Positions 27,661 through 40,846 of a DNA stretch of 64,000 nt are shown here, piece by piece (positions within the stretch are counted from its first letter, which is position 1; the number at the start of each line of letters is the position of its first letter). This DNA is from Octopus vulgaris. Lineage: Eukaryota. The translations under genes were made by a program, and so were the position numbers. Below the pieces are notes generated by a model. The model was not told where the DNA came from. It was given only the letters and a program-made list of their open reading frames with translations, and made no database searches. The DNA lies in assembly GCA_951406725.2 (NCBI GenBank), contig OX597820.1, forward strand, positions 69,626,001-69,690,000. Reading direction: 5' to 3'.

Positions 27661-27744
27661 TGTGTGTGTGTATTTATCTATATATACACGCATGTATATA
27701 GAGATACACACACACATATATACAAACATGCGCACATATAAATA

Positions 27745-28146
27745 CACTCTCTTTTACTCTCTTTTACTCTTTTACTTGTTTCAGTTAATTGACTGCGGCC
27801 ATGCTGGAGCACCGCCTTTAATCGAGCAACTCGACCCCGGGAGTTATTCTTTTGTAAGCCCAGTACTTATTCTATCGGTCGCTTTTGCCGAACCGCTAAG
27901 TGACGGGGACGTAAACACACCAGCATCGGTTGTCAAGCAATGCTTGGGGGACAAACACAGACATACAAATACACACACGCATATATATATATATACATAT
28001 ATACGACGGGCTTCTTTTAGTTTCCGTCTACCAAATCCACTCACAAGGCTTTGGTCGGCCCGAGGCTATAGTAGAAGACACTCGCCCAAGGTGGAACCAT
28101 GTGGTTGGTAAACAAGCTACTTACCACACAGCCACTCCTGCGCCTA
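27745..28146 (-). mobile_element. CORE SINE family C
   Basis: High similarity to 23718-24126. Confidence 0.93.
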
Positions 28147-28188
28147 TATACTTATTATACTTATTATACATATTTATATAAGTACATC

Positions 28189-28224
<36 letters not shown>

Positions 28225-28261
28225 GGAAAAGCGTGTTGTTTGCACACATGCACAGGCGTGT

Positions 28262-28870
28262 ATGTTTGTGTGAATGGAGTCCCACTGAAGCAGGGGAAAT
28301 ATTTAAGTATCTCGGGACCTTTTTCACGAGTAAAGGAAAGGAGGAAAAATTCAGTGCAAGAACTGCAGAGACTGGTGCAGAAATGAGCCAGATATAGCAT
28401 TCAATCAACTTGCCTTCTTCCGTTCAGTATTCGTGTCTACCCCTAGCTATGGTCATGAATCTTGGGTAGTAACCGAAAGAATACGATTGCGAATACAAGA
28501 ACCAAAAATGAGGTTTTTCCTATTCTTCCTAAGGGTCTTTGAAGTAAAGTTAATCGATAGAGTGTTTGTCTTGGAGATGAAATACGCACCCCAAGAAGAG
28601 CCGCAACTTCTCCGAAGTGAGAGATCACAGGTCCATCACTATGCACATGTGGTATGAATGTCTGAGGAAAGAATCGCTGGACAGATTTTACGGGCAAAAC
28701 CAGCCGGCGAGACCTAGCGATAAACCAAAAACCAAGAACGTTGAATAACATGTATCGGTTAGTCGGTTAGTCTCGCTGAGGAATCCAGCCTGATGAATTT
28801 GAGACGGCTGCCTCGGATAGTACTCGAAGGAAATCGTGCTTGAGGACTTTGTCCCCATGCCCCTCACAAG
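28262..28870 (+). mobile_element. RTE-clade LINE 3' fragment (Rex3/Expander-like RT C-terminus)
   Basis: VNGVPLKQ, FKYLGTFFTSKG, SYGHESWVVTERIRLRIQ, EPQLLRSERSQ parallel Rex3 FKYLGVLFTSEG, TYGHELWVMTERTRSRIQ, EPLLLHIERSQ. Confidence 0.85.
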
Positions 28871-29679
28871 ACTTCATCCGTTACTGTGATGTATATCATA
28901 TTCAGTACATAGGAATTTTAGATTACCTGTCAGTTGTTTTATCCTCTGGTGGTACTCCCAGCAGTATTTGATTTCCATTAATCAAACTGTGTTGCACTTC
29001 AAGGGGCTAACTGTGATAAAATGTTCGTCTATATATATATATATATATATATATATTGTGCGATTACTGTGGATGACACCAGTTAGCCATAAGGTGTGAA
29101 CGTGCTTTGCTGGCATACTACTAGGGACATGCCCAGAGCGCATTAAAATCCAGACTTTCATTATAACTTATATATATACGCTGTAAGGCGCGCCACTTGA
29201 GCAAAAGTTTGGCTCAGAGGTATGTTCCATGCTCCACTGCGGTTAGATGCAGCGCATTAAAAGACGGAATAGGCTAGTGTGTAAGGTAATAATATAGATA
29301 AAATGCAGGAAACATATTTTTAATAAGTTTTAGAAATCTATGCTTTATAAAGAATACACGCGTTTCGAGAAATTAAATGGCAATATTACATAAGTGTTTG
29401 CTGAAGATTATAAAATTGTATTCCTTCAACAAACCATGATTTAAAATAAGTCGAAAGGCAAGCTATTATAAATCGGCACGAACTTTCCTGACAACCCAAA
29501 TATATATATATATATATGTAATCAAAATAAGCAACAAGGATATCCAGAGGTTGCATATATCCTTGTTGGTTATTTTGATTTTAATCACCTTATTTTGAAA
29601 TTGTATGGATAATACCATACTAAATTCTAGTGCCTCAGCTTAAGTACCATATTCATCTGTATATATACGTAAATGTATG

Positions 29680-29731
<52 letters not shown>

Positions 29732-29944
29732 GAAAGAGAGAGAGAGAAAGGGGGTGAGAGAGAGAGATTTACATATATAGATGTGTATGTGTGTGTATGC
29801 AGCAAAGTAGTTTGCATACATCTGCTGCCAAATTCCACCTACGTTAAGAAAAATGCAAATGGCAGTCATGAGAAGACCGTAATAATTTCTATGAAACTTC
29901 AGCAGTGAGAGCACTTTGTAGGCTTATTAATTGCGTATTAATTA

Positions 29945-30075
29945 TCGACATGATGGCATTAAATGAAGCGATCTGAAATGTTAAGGATTTAACCCTAGGC
30001 CGATCTCAGTGGAATTTGAACGTAGAACGTAAAACCGTACGACATGCTCACGATCCTGTGAGCTCTCCGCCTTCG
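29945..30075 (-). mobile_element. Degenerate Nin-domain SINE fragment
   Basis: GGAATTTGAACGTAGAACGTAAAA and GAGCTCTCCGCCTT. Confidence 0.65.
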
Positions 30076-30319
30076 TAACATGAGTAATAATAAGGATAAA
30101 AATTATTGATGAGAAGGAAATAAAAGGGGAAATGAAGATCTGAGAGAAGTGGAGAAAGGAAAGAAGATAAAATGGATGACATCAATGACAATGAGGATGA
30201 TAATGATGATGATGAAGAAACAGAGGAGGAAAATAATGACAACAATGATGAGGAAGAAGGAAAGAATAATTATGATGGTGATACTAATTAAGAGGAAATC
30301 ACAGAATAGAATGGTAACG

Positions 30320-30387
30320 ACGATGATAATGATGATGACGATGATGATGATGATGACGACGACGACGGCGATGGTGATGGTGATGGT

Positions 30388-30440
<53 letters not shown>

Positions 30441-30570
30441 CGACGACAACGGCGATGGTGATGGTGATGGTGATGGTGTTGATGATGATGACGATGATGA
30501 TGATGATGATGATGATGATGACAATGGTAATGACGATGACGATGATGATGATGACGATGATGACGACGTC

Positions 30571-30602
<32 letters not shown>

Positions 30603-30657
30603 CGATGATGATGATGATGATGATGAAGTGGAGGAGAGAGAGAGAGAGAGAGAGAGC
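30320..30657. repeat. (GAT/GAC/GGT)n compound repeat with internal higher-order duplication, then (GA)n
   Basis: Directly visible; the GGCGATGGTGATGG..GTTGATG block occurs twice. Confidence 0.95.
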
Positions 30658-31088
30658 GGAGAATGGGGACGACAATGACGATAGCGACGACGATCACGAA
30701 GATGACAAGAACATTTTGCTGATGAGGAAGATGGCGGCGGCGGTCAGAATGACGCTACCACCGATAACTGGTATTATCGACTATCTATTATACTTCTTTC
30801 CAGAAAGAGAGTTTATGTTTGAATAAGACGAAGGAAAAATGATATCACAAGTTGCATTGCATTGATAGTCTCAGATGAACAGGATACGTCGACGGATACA
30901 GCGTAAAGAAGAGAGAAGAAAGAAGAGCTGCATATATATATATATATAAATGTTAAACACAAAGACATGTGTGTGGGTGAGGGGGGTTGTGTAGGGGGGT
31001 TGAGCATGTGCTTGTGCGTGTGTGTGTATGTGTGTATATGCGTATGTATATATATATAAATGTGTATCGATGTGTTTATATATACATG

Positions 31089-31136
<48 letters not shown>

Positions 31137-31392
31137 CGTATATATATATATATATACATATATGTATATGTATATATATATACATATACATATATATACA
31201 TATATATATACACACATACATATATACATACATATATATATATATACATATATATACATATATATATATATGTGTGTGTGTGTATATATGTATATATATA
31301 ATAGCTTGTCGTATAGCTTGTGTGTGCAGTCACATATACGACTGTCACTGTCGAGTTGAAATATATACATACATACACACATACATATATAC

Positions 31393-31464
<72 letters not shown>

Positions 31465-32059
31465 ATATATAAGTACATATTTACATATACTTACATACTT
31501 AAATATATATATATATATCTAGATACATATGTGTGTGCGAGTGTTTGTGTATGTCTGTATGCGTGAGTATTTATATATGTGATGTATGTATATGTATTAC
31601 ATGAGTTTTTAGATATTTCAAACGGATGATGTCTATTAGTAAACTTCTTACTGGATATCACATCAAACAGTCATTGATCTAGCCTCACAGCTATCTCCTG
31701 AGACTTTGTTGTCCGCGGAATCAATAAACTGACAACTGTAGCTAGTCTTACAGAACATGCTATTTATTTCTTAGAACATGCAAGCGACTGACCACAGGTC
31801 GATTGAATCTAATCATTTATCGTAGCCTATATTAAAGTAACACTGCAATACTATTCATTCGCTGGCCAACGCTTATTTGAAAAAAAAAAAGAGAAAGAAA
31901 AAAAAGAGAAAAATGTGAAAAAGATCTCATGTTCAGAGTGATGCGCTTGTACATATGCACAGCAACACAAAGACGTGTGAGTCTGTGTATATGTACATAT
32001 GCATGTAGAAATATATATCCAAGGAATGCTTGTATATAAAAACACATATATAAGCGTAG

Positions 32060-32141
<82 letters not shown>

Positions 32142-32268
32142 ATACGTATGTATATGTCAATGTGCGTATGAGACAGAGGCAGAAGCAGAGACAGAGAGTA
32201 AGCCTGACAGACACGGAGATATATATGTATAATCATATATATACACATGCGTATAAACATTATACATA

Positions 32269-32303
<35 letters not shown>

Positions 32304-32308
32304 GCACA

Positions 32309-32358
<50 letters not shown>

Positions 32359-32659
32359 AACTATATACATTATTTCCCGCCTCCATGTATATGTATGTGT
32401 GTATGTATATATTTATGTATGATGTATATGTTAATGTATGTATGCATGTGTGTGTGCGCCCGCGTATCTGTATGCGTGTCTTCAGGAGCAAAATGAAGAA
32501 CATCTTGGCGATGTGATATAGATTGTAGAACGCATAACATCTAAATCATCTTATATACAGTATATCGTATTACACAAATGATTTATTACTTGTACCTATC
32601 TTGGAAACCTTGGCAATCACGTATACTAACACATATTCATGATGATATATAAATATACA

Positions 32660-33078
32660 TAAAGGAAAAGATCCCTGCATCGCCATCAAAACACAGGACA
32701 AGAAACTGCAACATTTTGGGTTTCAAGTGCCCAGAGCTCTTGAATATGCTTCCAAAATGCTTGAGAGACCTGCATCGTGTGGGCGTAAGTGTCTGGAAGC
32801 CATCTACTCGCAATACCAGAGGGCGCATACTCTCCTACCCTGATGTAATCTCCAGAGATACAGGCATCTAGCAACAGGACCTCCGTAATGTCATGATGGA
32901 CCGTGAAGTCTGGCGTAGCATGGTAAATTCCATTGTCTCGACCACGTTCGAACAATGATGATGATGAAGTGTTTTTAAAACAAAAGTGGATCTCTGCCAA
33001 TCAAGGGTTCCAGACGGGTCTACCTCACGGCTGGAACACAGATGAGAGCAGTAGCATCAAAATACCTGATTGGTCAAC
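32660..33078 (+). mobile_element. CR1/L2-group LINE 3' coding fragment interrupted by an RTE insertion
   Basis: ILGFKCPELLNMLPKCLRDLHRVGVS|VFKTKVDLCQSRVPD reads through once 32793-32966 and one TSD copy are removed. Confidence 0.7.
32793..32966 (+). mobile_element. 5'-truncated RTE LINE end with (TGA)n tail and 6-bp TSD
   Basis: WKPSTRNTRGRILSYPDVISRDTG..MMDREVWRSMV; AAGTGT at 32787-92 and 32967-72. Confidence 0.85.
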
Positions 33079-33157
33079 TTTGGTCCCCCAGCATGACCGG
33101 AGATTTGAAGCTGAAACATTTTAAAGGCATAAAAGAAATTATATATACGTATATATA

Positions 33158-33355
33158 GTAAATCCAAACAAGAACAAACATATAAAGCACAACGCGGAGA
33201 CGTCATACAAGACGTCATTCAAGTAATGTATTAGCAGATGCTCAGGGAAGGAAAGAAAGATGGTTTAACGTTTCGAGCAGACGTTCTTTTTCAGAAACAG
33301 TGAAAAGTCCGATAGGCGGGAAGGCAGAGAAATAAAATTGCCAACGATTCACATA
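33158..33355 (-). mobile_element. Penelope-like non-coding element with degenerate hammerhead
   Basis: Antisense GTTT-CTGAAAA-A-GAAC.GTCT.GCTC-GAAACGTT-AAAC at 33263-33298; related to 59175-59372; TA-rich flanks. Confidence 0.6.
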
Positions 33356-33501
33356 TGGTTATATATAGATGGTCACATATAGTCATGGAGTCAATATGTT
33401 CAACTAAAACCCTTCAAGGCACTGCTCCAGCATGGCTGCAGTGAAATGACTGAAACAAATTAAAACATAATAGAGAAGATAGAAGATGTATGTATATATA
33501 C

Positions 33502-33554
<53 letters not shown>

Positions 33555-33555
<1 letters not shown>

Positions 33556-33716
33556 AGCTTCTTTTGGTTACTGTCTACCAAATCCGCTCACAAGACTTTG
33601 GTTGGCCCAAGGCTATAGTAAAAACACTCAACGAAGGTGCCACGCAGTGTGACACGAAACCGGGAACCATGTGGTTGGGAAGCAAGCTTTTTACCACTCA
33701 ACCACGCCTTCGCCTA
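33555..33716 (-). mobile_element. CORE SINE family C 5' half
   Basis: Head and core similar to 23960-24126. Confidence 0.85.
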
Positions 33717-34293
33717 TATGTACATATATTTACATATAATTAATTACCTTTCTTTCTCTTTCCTTGTATATCTCTCTCTTCCTCTCTCCCCCTCTTTCTT
33801 TTTCTTTCATTCTCTCCTTGTCACTCTCACTCATGTGTATCGACATGCTGGCATTTCATTTGCAAATACGTCTATTCATCTGATATAATTAATATAATGT
33901 GATTCTGTGTTCTGGTCGTTTATTTGTTAACTTTAAATGCTCCGAGTTTATTGTTCAAAATATAAAGTGATTGATTGATTTTCCGATATTTAAAATTTAA
34001 TTTATTGAAGCCAATACAATCAAGGTCGATGTATGTGACTCTGTATGTGTGAACATACACACTCACACACACAAACACACATGCACATATATATATATAT
34101 TAATGTTTGTTTTATATTTAGTTATAATCACAATTTTCCATTAATTTGATGGATTACTTTATACTTTTGTAGAGTAGAAATTTACCATTCTTATACAAGA
34201 ATGCTGATGACAGTGACTTCGAAGTTTTGGGCAGCTAATCAATCATCACAGTTCATCGATGGCTTAGCTGTCAACAACATTCTTGGAAAAGTA

Positions 34294-34345
<52 letters not shown>

Positions 34346-34464
34346 GTGTGTGTGTGTGTGTATGCATGTATGTATGTAGGTATGTGCGTATATACATATA
34401 TATGTATGTATGTAGGTATGTGCGTATATATATATATATATATATGTATATATACGTACTTATG

Positions 34465-34573
<109 letters not shown>

Positions 34574-35264
34574 AAAATTTGATAAGTTTCGGACAAAAAT
34601 TGTTCCAGGCCTGCTCTAACTGAAAGAATTTGTTTAGTTATTTTTAAGTAAGGTTTTGAGGGATCATGACCCATTCAAGTCGAGGGTTGTATACGCACAC
34701 ATAACACACACATAAATACACACAAACTCATAAACAGATACACACACAAACGCACAAACACACACACACAAGCGTGCACACATCCATGCACCCGCGCACA
34801 CAAAATATTTGATATAGTACACTTTATAAATCTACTCGTGTTTCGTTAAATTCACTGGCAGTATTACATAATTGTAGTTTGAAAACTATATAATCTAAAT
34901 AAAATACTTCAGTATTATGTAAAATATGCAAAGAATCTTTAATTGCACAGTATATATCCACGCAATGCATCTTATTAATAATATAAGTTGTGTAGCGGGA
35001 CCCGAGGTTCAGTGTAATAGGAGAAAACACACAGGGAACAGAAGATCGAGGTTCATTTATTGGCTCGATAGACTTAATAACTCGTACATACACACACCCA
35101 CTCGCATATGTATGCAATGCAGAAGAAAGAAGGAAAGAGACAACTGCAGTCTTGTAAATAAGACAACTCAAGCATCAACAACCTGCACAATGACCACTTC
35201 TACGATACCAAAGCCAGGCCTACCGACCGTGACAATGATAATAAGAACCATAATAATCGTTTCA

Positions 35265-35456
35265 TGCTGTGGCAGAAGGCCAGCAACATCGGGAAGGTGT
35301 TAAGTCGACTACATCGAGGCCAGTGTTCAACTGGTACTTATTTTATCGACCCTGAAAGGATAAATGGCAAGGTAGGCCTCGGTCGAATTTGAGATCCGAA
35401 CGTAAAGACGGCCGAAATGATGCTAAGCATTTTATCCTGTATGTTAGCGCCGCCCT
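35265..35456 (-). mobile_element. Nin-domain SINE
   Basis: CTGGTACTTATTTTATCGACCCTGAAAGGATAAATGGC is the antisense Nin domain. Confidence 0.85.
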
Positions 35457-35814
35457 AACTGGAACAATTATAATTCCTAATAATAATACCTATTAATATC
35501 TATGGTAAGAAAAGCAGTGAGAATACGAGCAGCCCCTGCCGTAAATTAAGTTCAAGGGAGCAAGTGGTCAGTTTATTGTCAGGTTTATGGAACCCGCTTC
35601 AAACAATTTGCTTGGGCGTATTGATAGGTATATCGATGATCGATAGTCAATGATGGCCGAGAGGTCGTACACCACCCACCACTCCCCTTACCACACACCT
35701 ACATCAACATCCCGTGTAACATACCCCACACGTTCAGACAATCTACATATCCATATACATATCTACGTACCCATACACACACATACATACGCACACACAA
35801 ACACACATACATTC

Positions 35815-35857
<43 letters not shown>

Positions 35858-36157
35858 TCTACACACTGCCCACACATACAGAGATTCACACATAAATGCA
35901 TATAAGTTCAGTGAGGCATCTAGGCGATCATATTACAGTATCACACATGAACAAATATCTCCACATTATACCAGACTGTAACTTCTTTCTAATCTTACGT
36001 TTTTCCTCACCCTGTGCTCACCTTCCTCTTATCGCCGGCAAGCGTTAAAGTTCGTAGATATTCATTAAAACTTGGCAGATTATCTAAATATATAATCTAC
36101 GTCCATTTGATACTATAAGTCAATATGGCTTCTCACTCAGAAGTAGTACTGGACGCG

Positions 36158-36462
36158 TGGAAGAGCGTGGCTTAGTGGTTACAGTATTCAGCTCACTACA
36201 TTTAGGCTTTGAGTACGATTCCCGGCAGTGCGTTGTGTCCTTGGGCTAAACGCTTTATTTCACGTTGATCCAGTTCATTCAGCTGGTAAAAATTAGCAAT
36301 ATTTGTAATTCAAAGTGCCAACCTTGACACATTCTGTATAAGGCTGAATCTCCCTGAGAACTGCGTCTGTGGAATGCTCAACCACTTGCTCGTTAGTAAT
36401 CACGTCTCGACTGCTCCTTCAATTGGATCACCTGGGACCCTCATCGTCGTAATTGACCGAAT
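36158..36462 (+). mobile_element. SINE with head B (CORE) and tail 2
   Basis: 5' half resembles the 6461 element; 3' half (GCTGAATCTCCCTGAGAACT..CCCTCATCGTCGTAA) resembles the tail of the 6901 element. Confidence 0.8.
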
Positions 36463-36559
36463 TAGTAGGGGGTTCCACAATACATTTCACAGATGGGTGT
36501 ATAATTACAAGTAATCCAGATAATCCTTCCGGGTGCTGTACGCGTGTGATCGAATGGTG

Positions 36560-37400
36560 AGCAATCCAGTTTGGCATCTTAAATATTTTCCCTTTCTCTT
36601 CTGTATTATCTTGTGTTGATCTGTTTCCCATTTGGTCTTTAAATTTCTGTGCTCCCTGATAACTTAAAACTCGTTGCTCTATATGTGAAACCAGAAGATC
36701 CTTTCTGCTTCAGTATTTAATCCATCCTTGCCTGATGTTCATTTTCACTCTTTAGCTGTTGGTAAAGTTTTCTTCGTTGTTTTTGAAGAGCCTGTTCTAC
36801 TGGTATTGTCTTATCTTTACTGATAACTGTCTTTATTCTTACTTTATTTTTACTTTATTTGTTTACCTTCAGCTACCTGTAATCCGCTGTATCACATGTT
36901 ATACTCTTTTGAAGCTCTTTGTTATTTATATCCTTCAATATCTTCTGTTCAGTTATTGCATTTATCCTTCCAAAAGTTCTGTTGAGTTCTCCATCATGAT
37001 CTTCAAGTTTCCATTTCCATCATGGCACCATGGGTCACTGTCATTTGTTTTTCTTTGTCTTTTAACCCTAACAATTCCGTCAGCCACAGAGGCTGCACTG
37101 TGTATGGTCATTTAGGTGTGTTATATTTCAGCATTAATTTTCTTTAACAATGCTCTACCCTCATGTGAATTCCACTTTGTCCGACAAATTTCTCACGCCG
37201 TATTGTTAGTGCTCACACTACCCCTACACAGTTTGGTAAATAATTTTTTGCATTCCTCTCCGAGCATACTCTCTCAATATACTTTATTTTCTAAATGGCG
37301 TCTTCTCAATGAATCTTTCTTAAGCCTTAAAAATAACTCTCCATTTGTCACAAATAGTATCATTCATTCGAAGAAGATCTGGCTACCGCTTGTAACATGT
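36560..37400 (-). mobile_element. R4/Dong-clade RLE non-LTR retrotransposon fragment (pre-RT region)
   Basis: Antisense DPW, QYQ*NRLFKNN/RKLYQQLK, AERIFW and KMPNW, typical of the R4-clade N-terminal-to-RT region. Confidence 0.7.
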
Positions 37401-37832
37401 CTCGACTCATGTATTATTATGATTTCTTTTGCTTGGTACCCGACTTGCATTATTATTGTAATCTTTCTTTGGATGTGGATCGAAGGAAAGAAAATAAAAT
37501 GTTTCATCTTTGAGTTAGACTGAGGGTTTATACGAACATATACTAAGTAATCATCGTCTTTGCATAATATGGGCCGATGATCTGGTCAGTAGAGTTGTAA
37601 CATTTAGTGATATATGATCATTTAGAGATTACTGTGGACAAGCAGAACCTCATATTCTAGCAAGGTCACAAAATAATACCAGAACTGAGGTATGTAGAGT
37701 GGGGTGAGAGAACGTATCCATATTTCAGTATATATGAGCTGGTGAGTTTTATGATTGAAGATAGTGAATTTCCCACCAGAAATATATAACTTCTTTTGGT
37801 ACTCCACAGAACGCGAAAACAAGAATATATTT

Positions 37833-38177
37833 AGAGTTCTATATTTAAGTGATGAGGAATTATATACATTATTTACATTATTTACATTCGACGGATATTT
37901 GTCCTCATCTTGTTTGTTGTTAAAAGAATGTTTCGGCTGATATACACTCCAGCCTTCTTCAGGTGTCTTGGGGAAATTTCGAACCTGAGTTCTCATTCCT
38001 AAGGTTGTTTTCGATGTTGTTGTTGTTGTTGTTATTATTATTATTATTATTATTGTGGTTGTTGTTGTTGTCGACGTCCAGATCACTGCTTGGAATCGAA
38101 CTCGGTATCTTGGGGTTAGTAGCCCGCACTCTTAACCACTACGCCATATGTCCGTGGGCATATGGCGTAGTGGTTAA
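37833..38177 (-). mobile_element. tRNA-headed SINE with internal (AAT/AAC)n and Penelope-type hammerhead tail; inverted duplication of its 5' end
   Basis: A-box 38136-38146, B-box 38092-38103, hammerhead fold 37921-37967, hairpin 38132-38177. Confidence 0.7.
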
Positions 38178-39245
38178 TAATTTAAATAATATAAATAAGA
38201 ATATATTTATCCACAATCATACTTTTCCACCCAACCTAGAGTACTGTCCCTTTCACACAACTTTTGTCGATTTTTAGCATCGACAAAATAAATTATGATG
38301 AATTCGCCATCCCAAAGCAGAGAGTCAAGCGGTTTGACAGAGCGACAGTCACATTTAAAAAGCCACAAATCCACAACACCATCATAAGTCTTTGGTAAAA
38401 GATGAGAGGAAAAGAAAGAGGGCGTTAAAGCTTCGCAAATTATCTTAGAATGTTCCAACTGTCTATATTTTCAGAATATCCCAGTGTCATTCAGATCATA
38501 TTTAGTTAGGCCGCTTGTTAGATTAATAACAAAAGAACAATGAAGAGTGACCACAATTTCGAAAAGTTATGTACAGGGACCATAAATTGGTCACATGTAC
38601 AGTCGACCAAATTCAGGCTACCGACACAGAAGAATCACTATGTCTTGGTAACATGCACTATAATTTCGCATATTACTAAGCTGCCTTTCATGCTCCGATA
38701 TCGAGACGTACTAGGTCACCTTATACTTAAGTCAGCAAAACATCCAAGATGTAACAGCTGAGGGAACAGAGGTTTGTACTAGCACACAGACTAATGTTCA
38801 TTACAGCTAAGTAGCCTTGAGTAAGGAGAAATGAAGTGGCTGGCACGCGCCGTATTTTCCTGGAATTGAACCATGGTTTATGATCTTGACCTAAATCTTA
38901 AACAGGCTTGGTTATTAGAATCTAAATGCTTCAATTCTGGTACGTAATGCTTGCAGTGATGGGATGAGCGATTTCTTTTAGGCGGTGGTTGACAATGTTG
39001 TTTCATATTTAAACATCGTAACAATAATACTGCTTACGGAATATCTATACAAATCTAATTATCCATCTATACGTTTCTCACGAGATCTAGGTATATAAGG
39101 TCTAGAAAAGCAATTTTCGATATTCATACAATTAACACACTAAAGATTATTTATCAAATTTGTGCAGTGCATTCGGGATAAAACTAGATAGGGGAAAAAC
39201 CTAACAAATAAATATACACATATTAACGCACGTACGTATGTACGA

Positions 39246-39276
<31 letters not shown>

Positions 39277-39516
39277 CATATATATATTGAGTTACATTTA
39301 CGCACATTTATGTTAATGCTGAAGATGTTGATATTGACGCTGATGTTGGTAGGGAAATTAGAGTTTTGTGAACACTATGCACATATATATATATATATCT
39401 ATATATATATATGGGTGTGGACGAATATATGCCGTTTATGCATGTATATATATATATACATACACATATGTAGGCATATATACATTATATGTGTACATAT
39501 ATTTGTGTGCATACGA

Positions 39517-39589
<73 letters not shown>

Positions 39590-40470
39590 AGAGTCCATTT
39601 CTACGTGCGTATGCGTGTGTATTCCCCATTCTGCGAAAATAATAGACTCTTTAAACGTAATTAAATAAATACTGTTTTGGCTTCTTCATTAATTATTTCC
39701 AGCTCACCCTTCATACACAATTATAGAGAGCTCCTGACAACTGCCGCCATTTTGTTTTCAGCCATGTTGTGTTTGTCTCCTACTTATGCATTCCGCTGCA
39801 ATTAAATAATCATTTCAAGCTTTGCCTTTTATTAATTTTGATGCATCTTTCCCTCCGTTATATCGTCATATACTAACAGATCCTATTACACTTTTCCCTC
39901 CACTAACAAACTTAATCCTATTAGATGAGCTAAGTGTTTGCAGACCCGTTTCTGCCCAAGAATTACTTTTCTTTTCACATAATTGTATTATTCCGCCCTA
40001 TTTACTTATTTTTTTATAATCGTTTATGTTATTTTACTTTAACAATTTTTTATCATCCTATAGACTTATATACATATATATATATATTCGCATCAACATT
40101 AAATATATTCAAAGTTAGATACCAGATTTATGGAGCTACTCTCCTATTTTTACACCATTGCTTGCTAACATGCAATTTTGTTCACTCTGTTAACCATAAT
40201 TCACAGCAGAAGAGATAGTAATGGCTAACTTAGTATGTTATATCTCTGTACTGCAAATACTAAATACTAAATGCATTTAGTTTTCTTTATAATATAGAGT
40301 TGCCGTCGCCATCATTTATATTGGTACCAATTATAGGCAGGCTTTTGCTAATATGTTAATTATTAACATTGAAATATCTGTCAATGTTAATAATTATTGA
40401 GTGCTCGACAAAACAATTCAAATACGATCAAATGCAGACAGATTTCGATTATATATATACATATACATAC

Positions 40471-40518
<48 letters not shown>

Positions 40519-40520
<2 letters not shown>

Positions 40521-40846
40521 AACCCCCTTCGGTCACGACACTGACCATGGGATTGCACCTAGAAAGTTACCCTCCTAGTCACAAATCTGAGCAAGGTGCT
40601 TTTATGGAAGACCAGCAGTCGCCCATGCAACCGGCCTCCCCTCTCCACGCCATCAGTGTTATCCAAGGGAAAGGCAAAGGCTGATACAGCTTGGCACCCG
40701 TGACGTCGCAACTCATTTCTACAGCTGAGTGAACTGGAGCAACGTGAAATAAAGTGTCTTGCTCAAGAACTCAACACGCAGCCCGGTCCGGGATTCAAGC
40801 TCACAACCTCACGATCGTAAGCTCGACGCTCTAACCACTGAGCCAT
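40519..40846 (-). mobile_element. CORE SINE head B, within (TA)n
   Basis: Reverse complement matches 6461-6790. Confidence 0.92.

Noticed and set aside
29120-29135. p53 response element (GGACATGCCC)
   Set aside because: Only one half-site; expected by chance in 64 kb.
36759-37523. Plus-strand hydrophobic ORFs (118 and 135 aa) as membrane proteins
   Set aside because: They are the antisense shadow of the A-rich R4-clade retrotransposon fragment.
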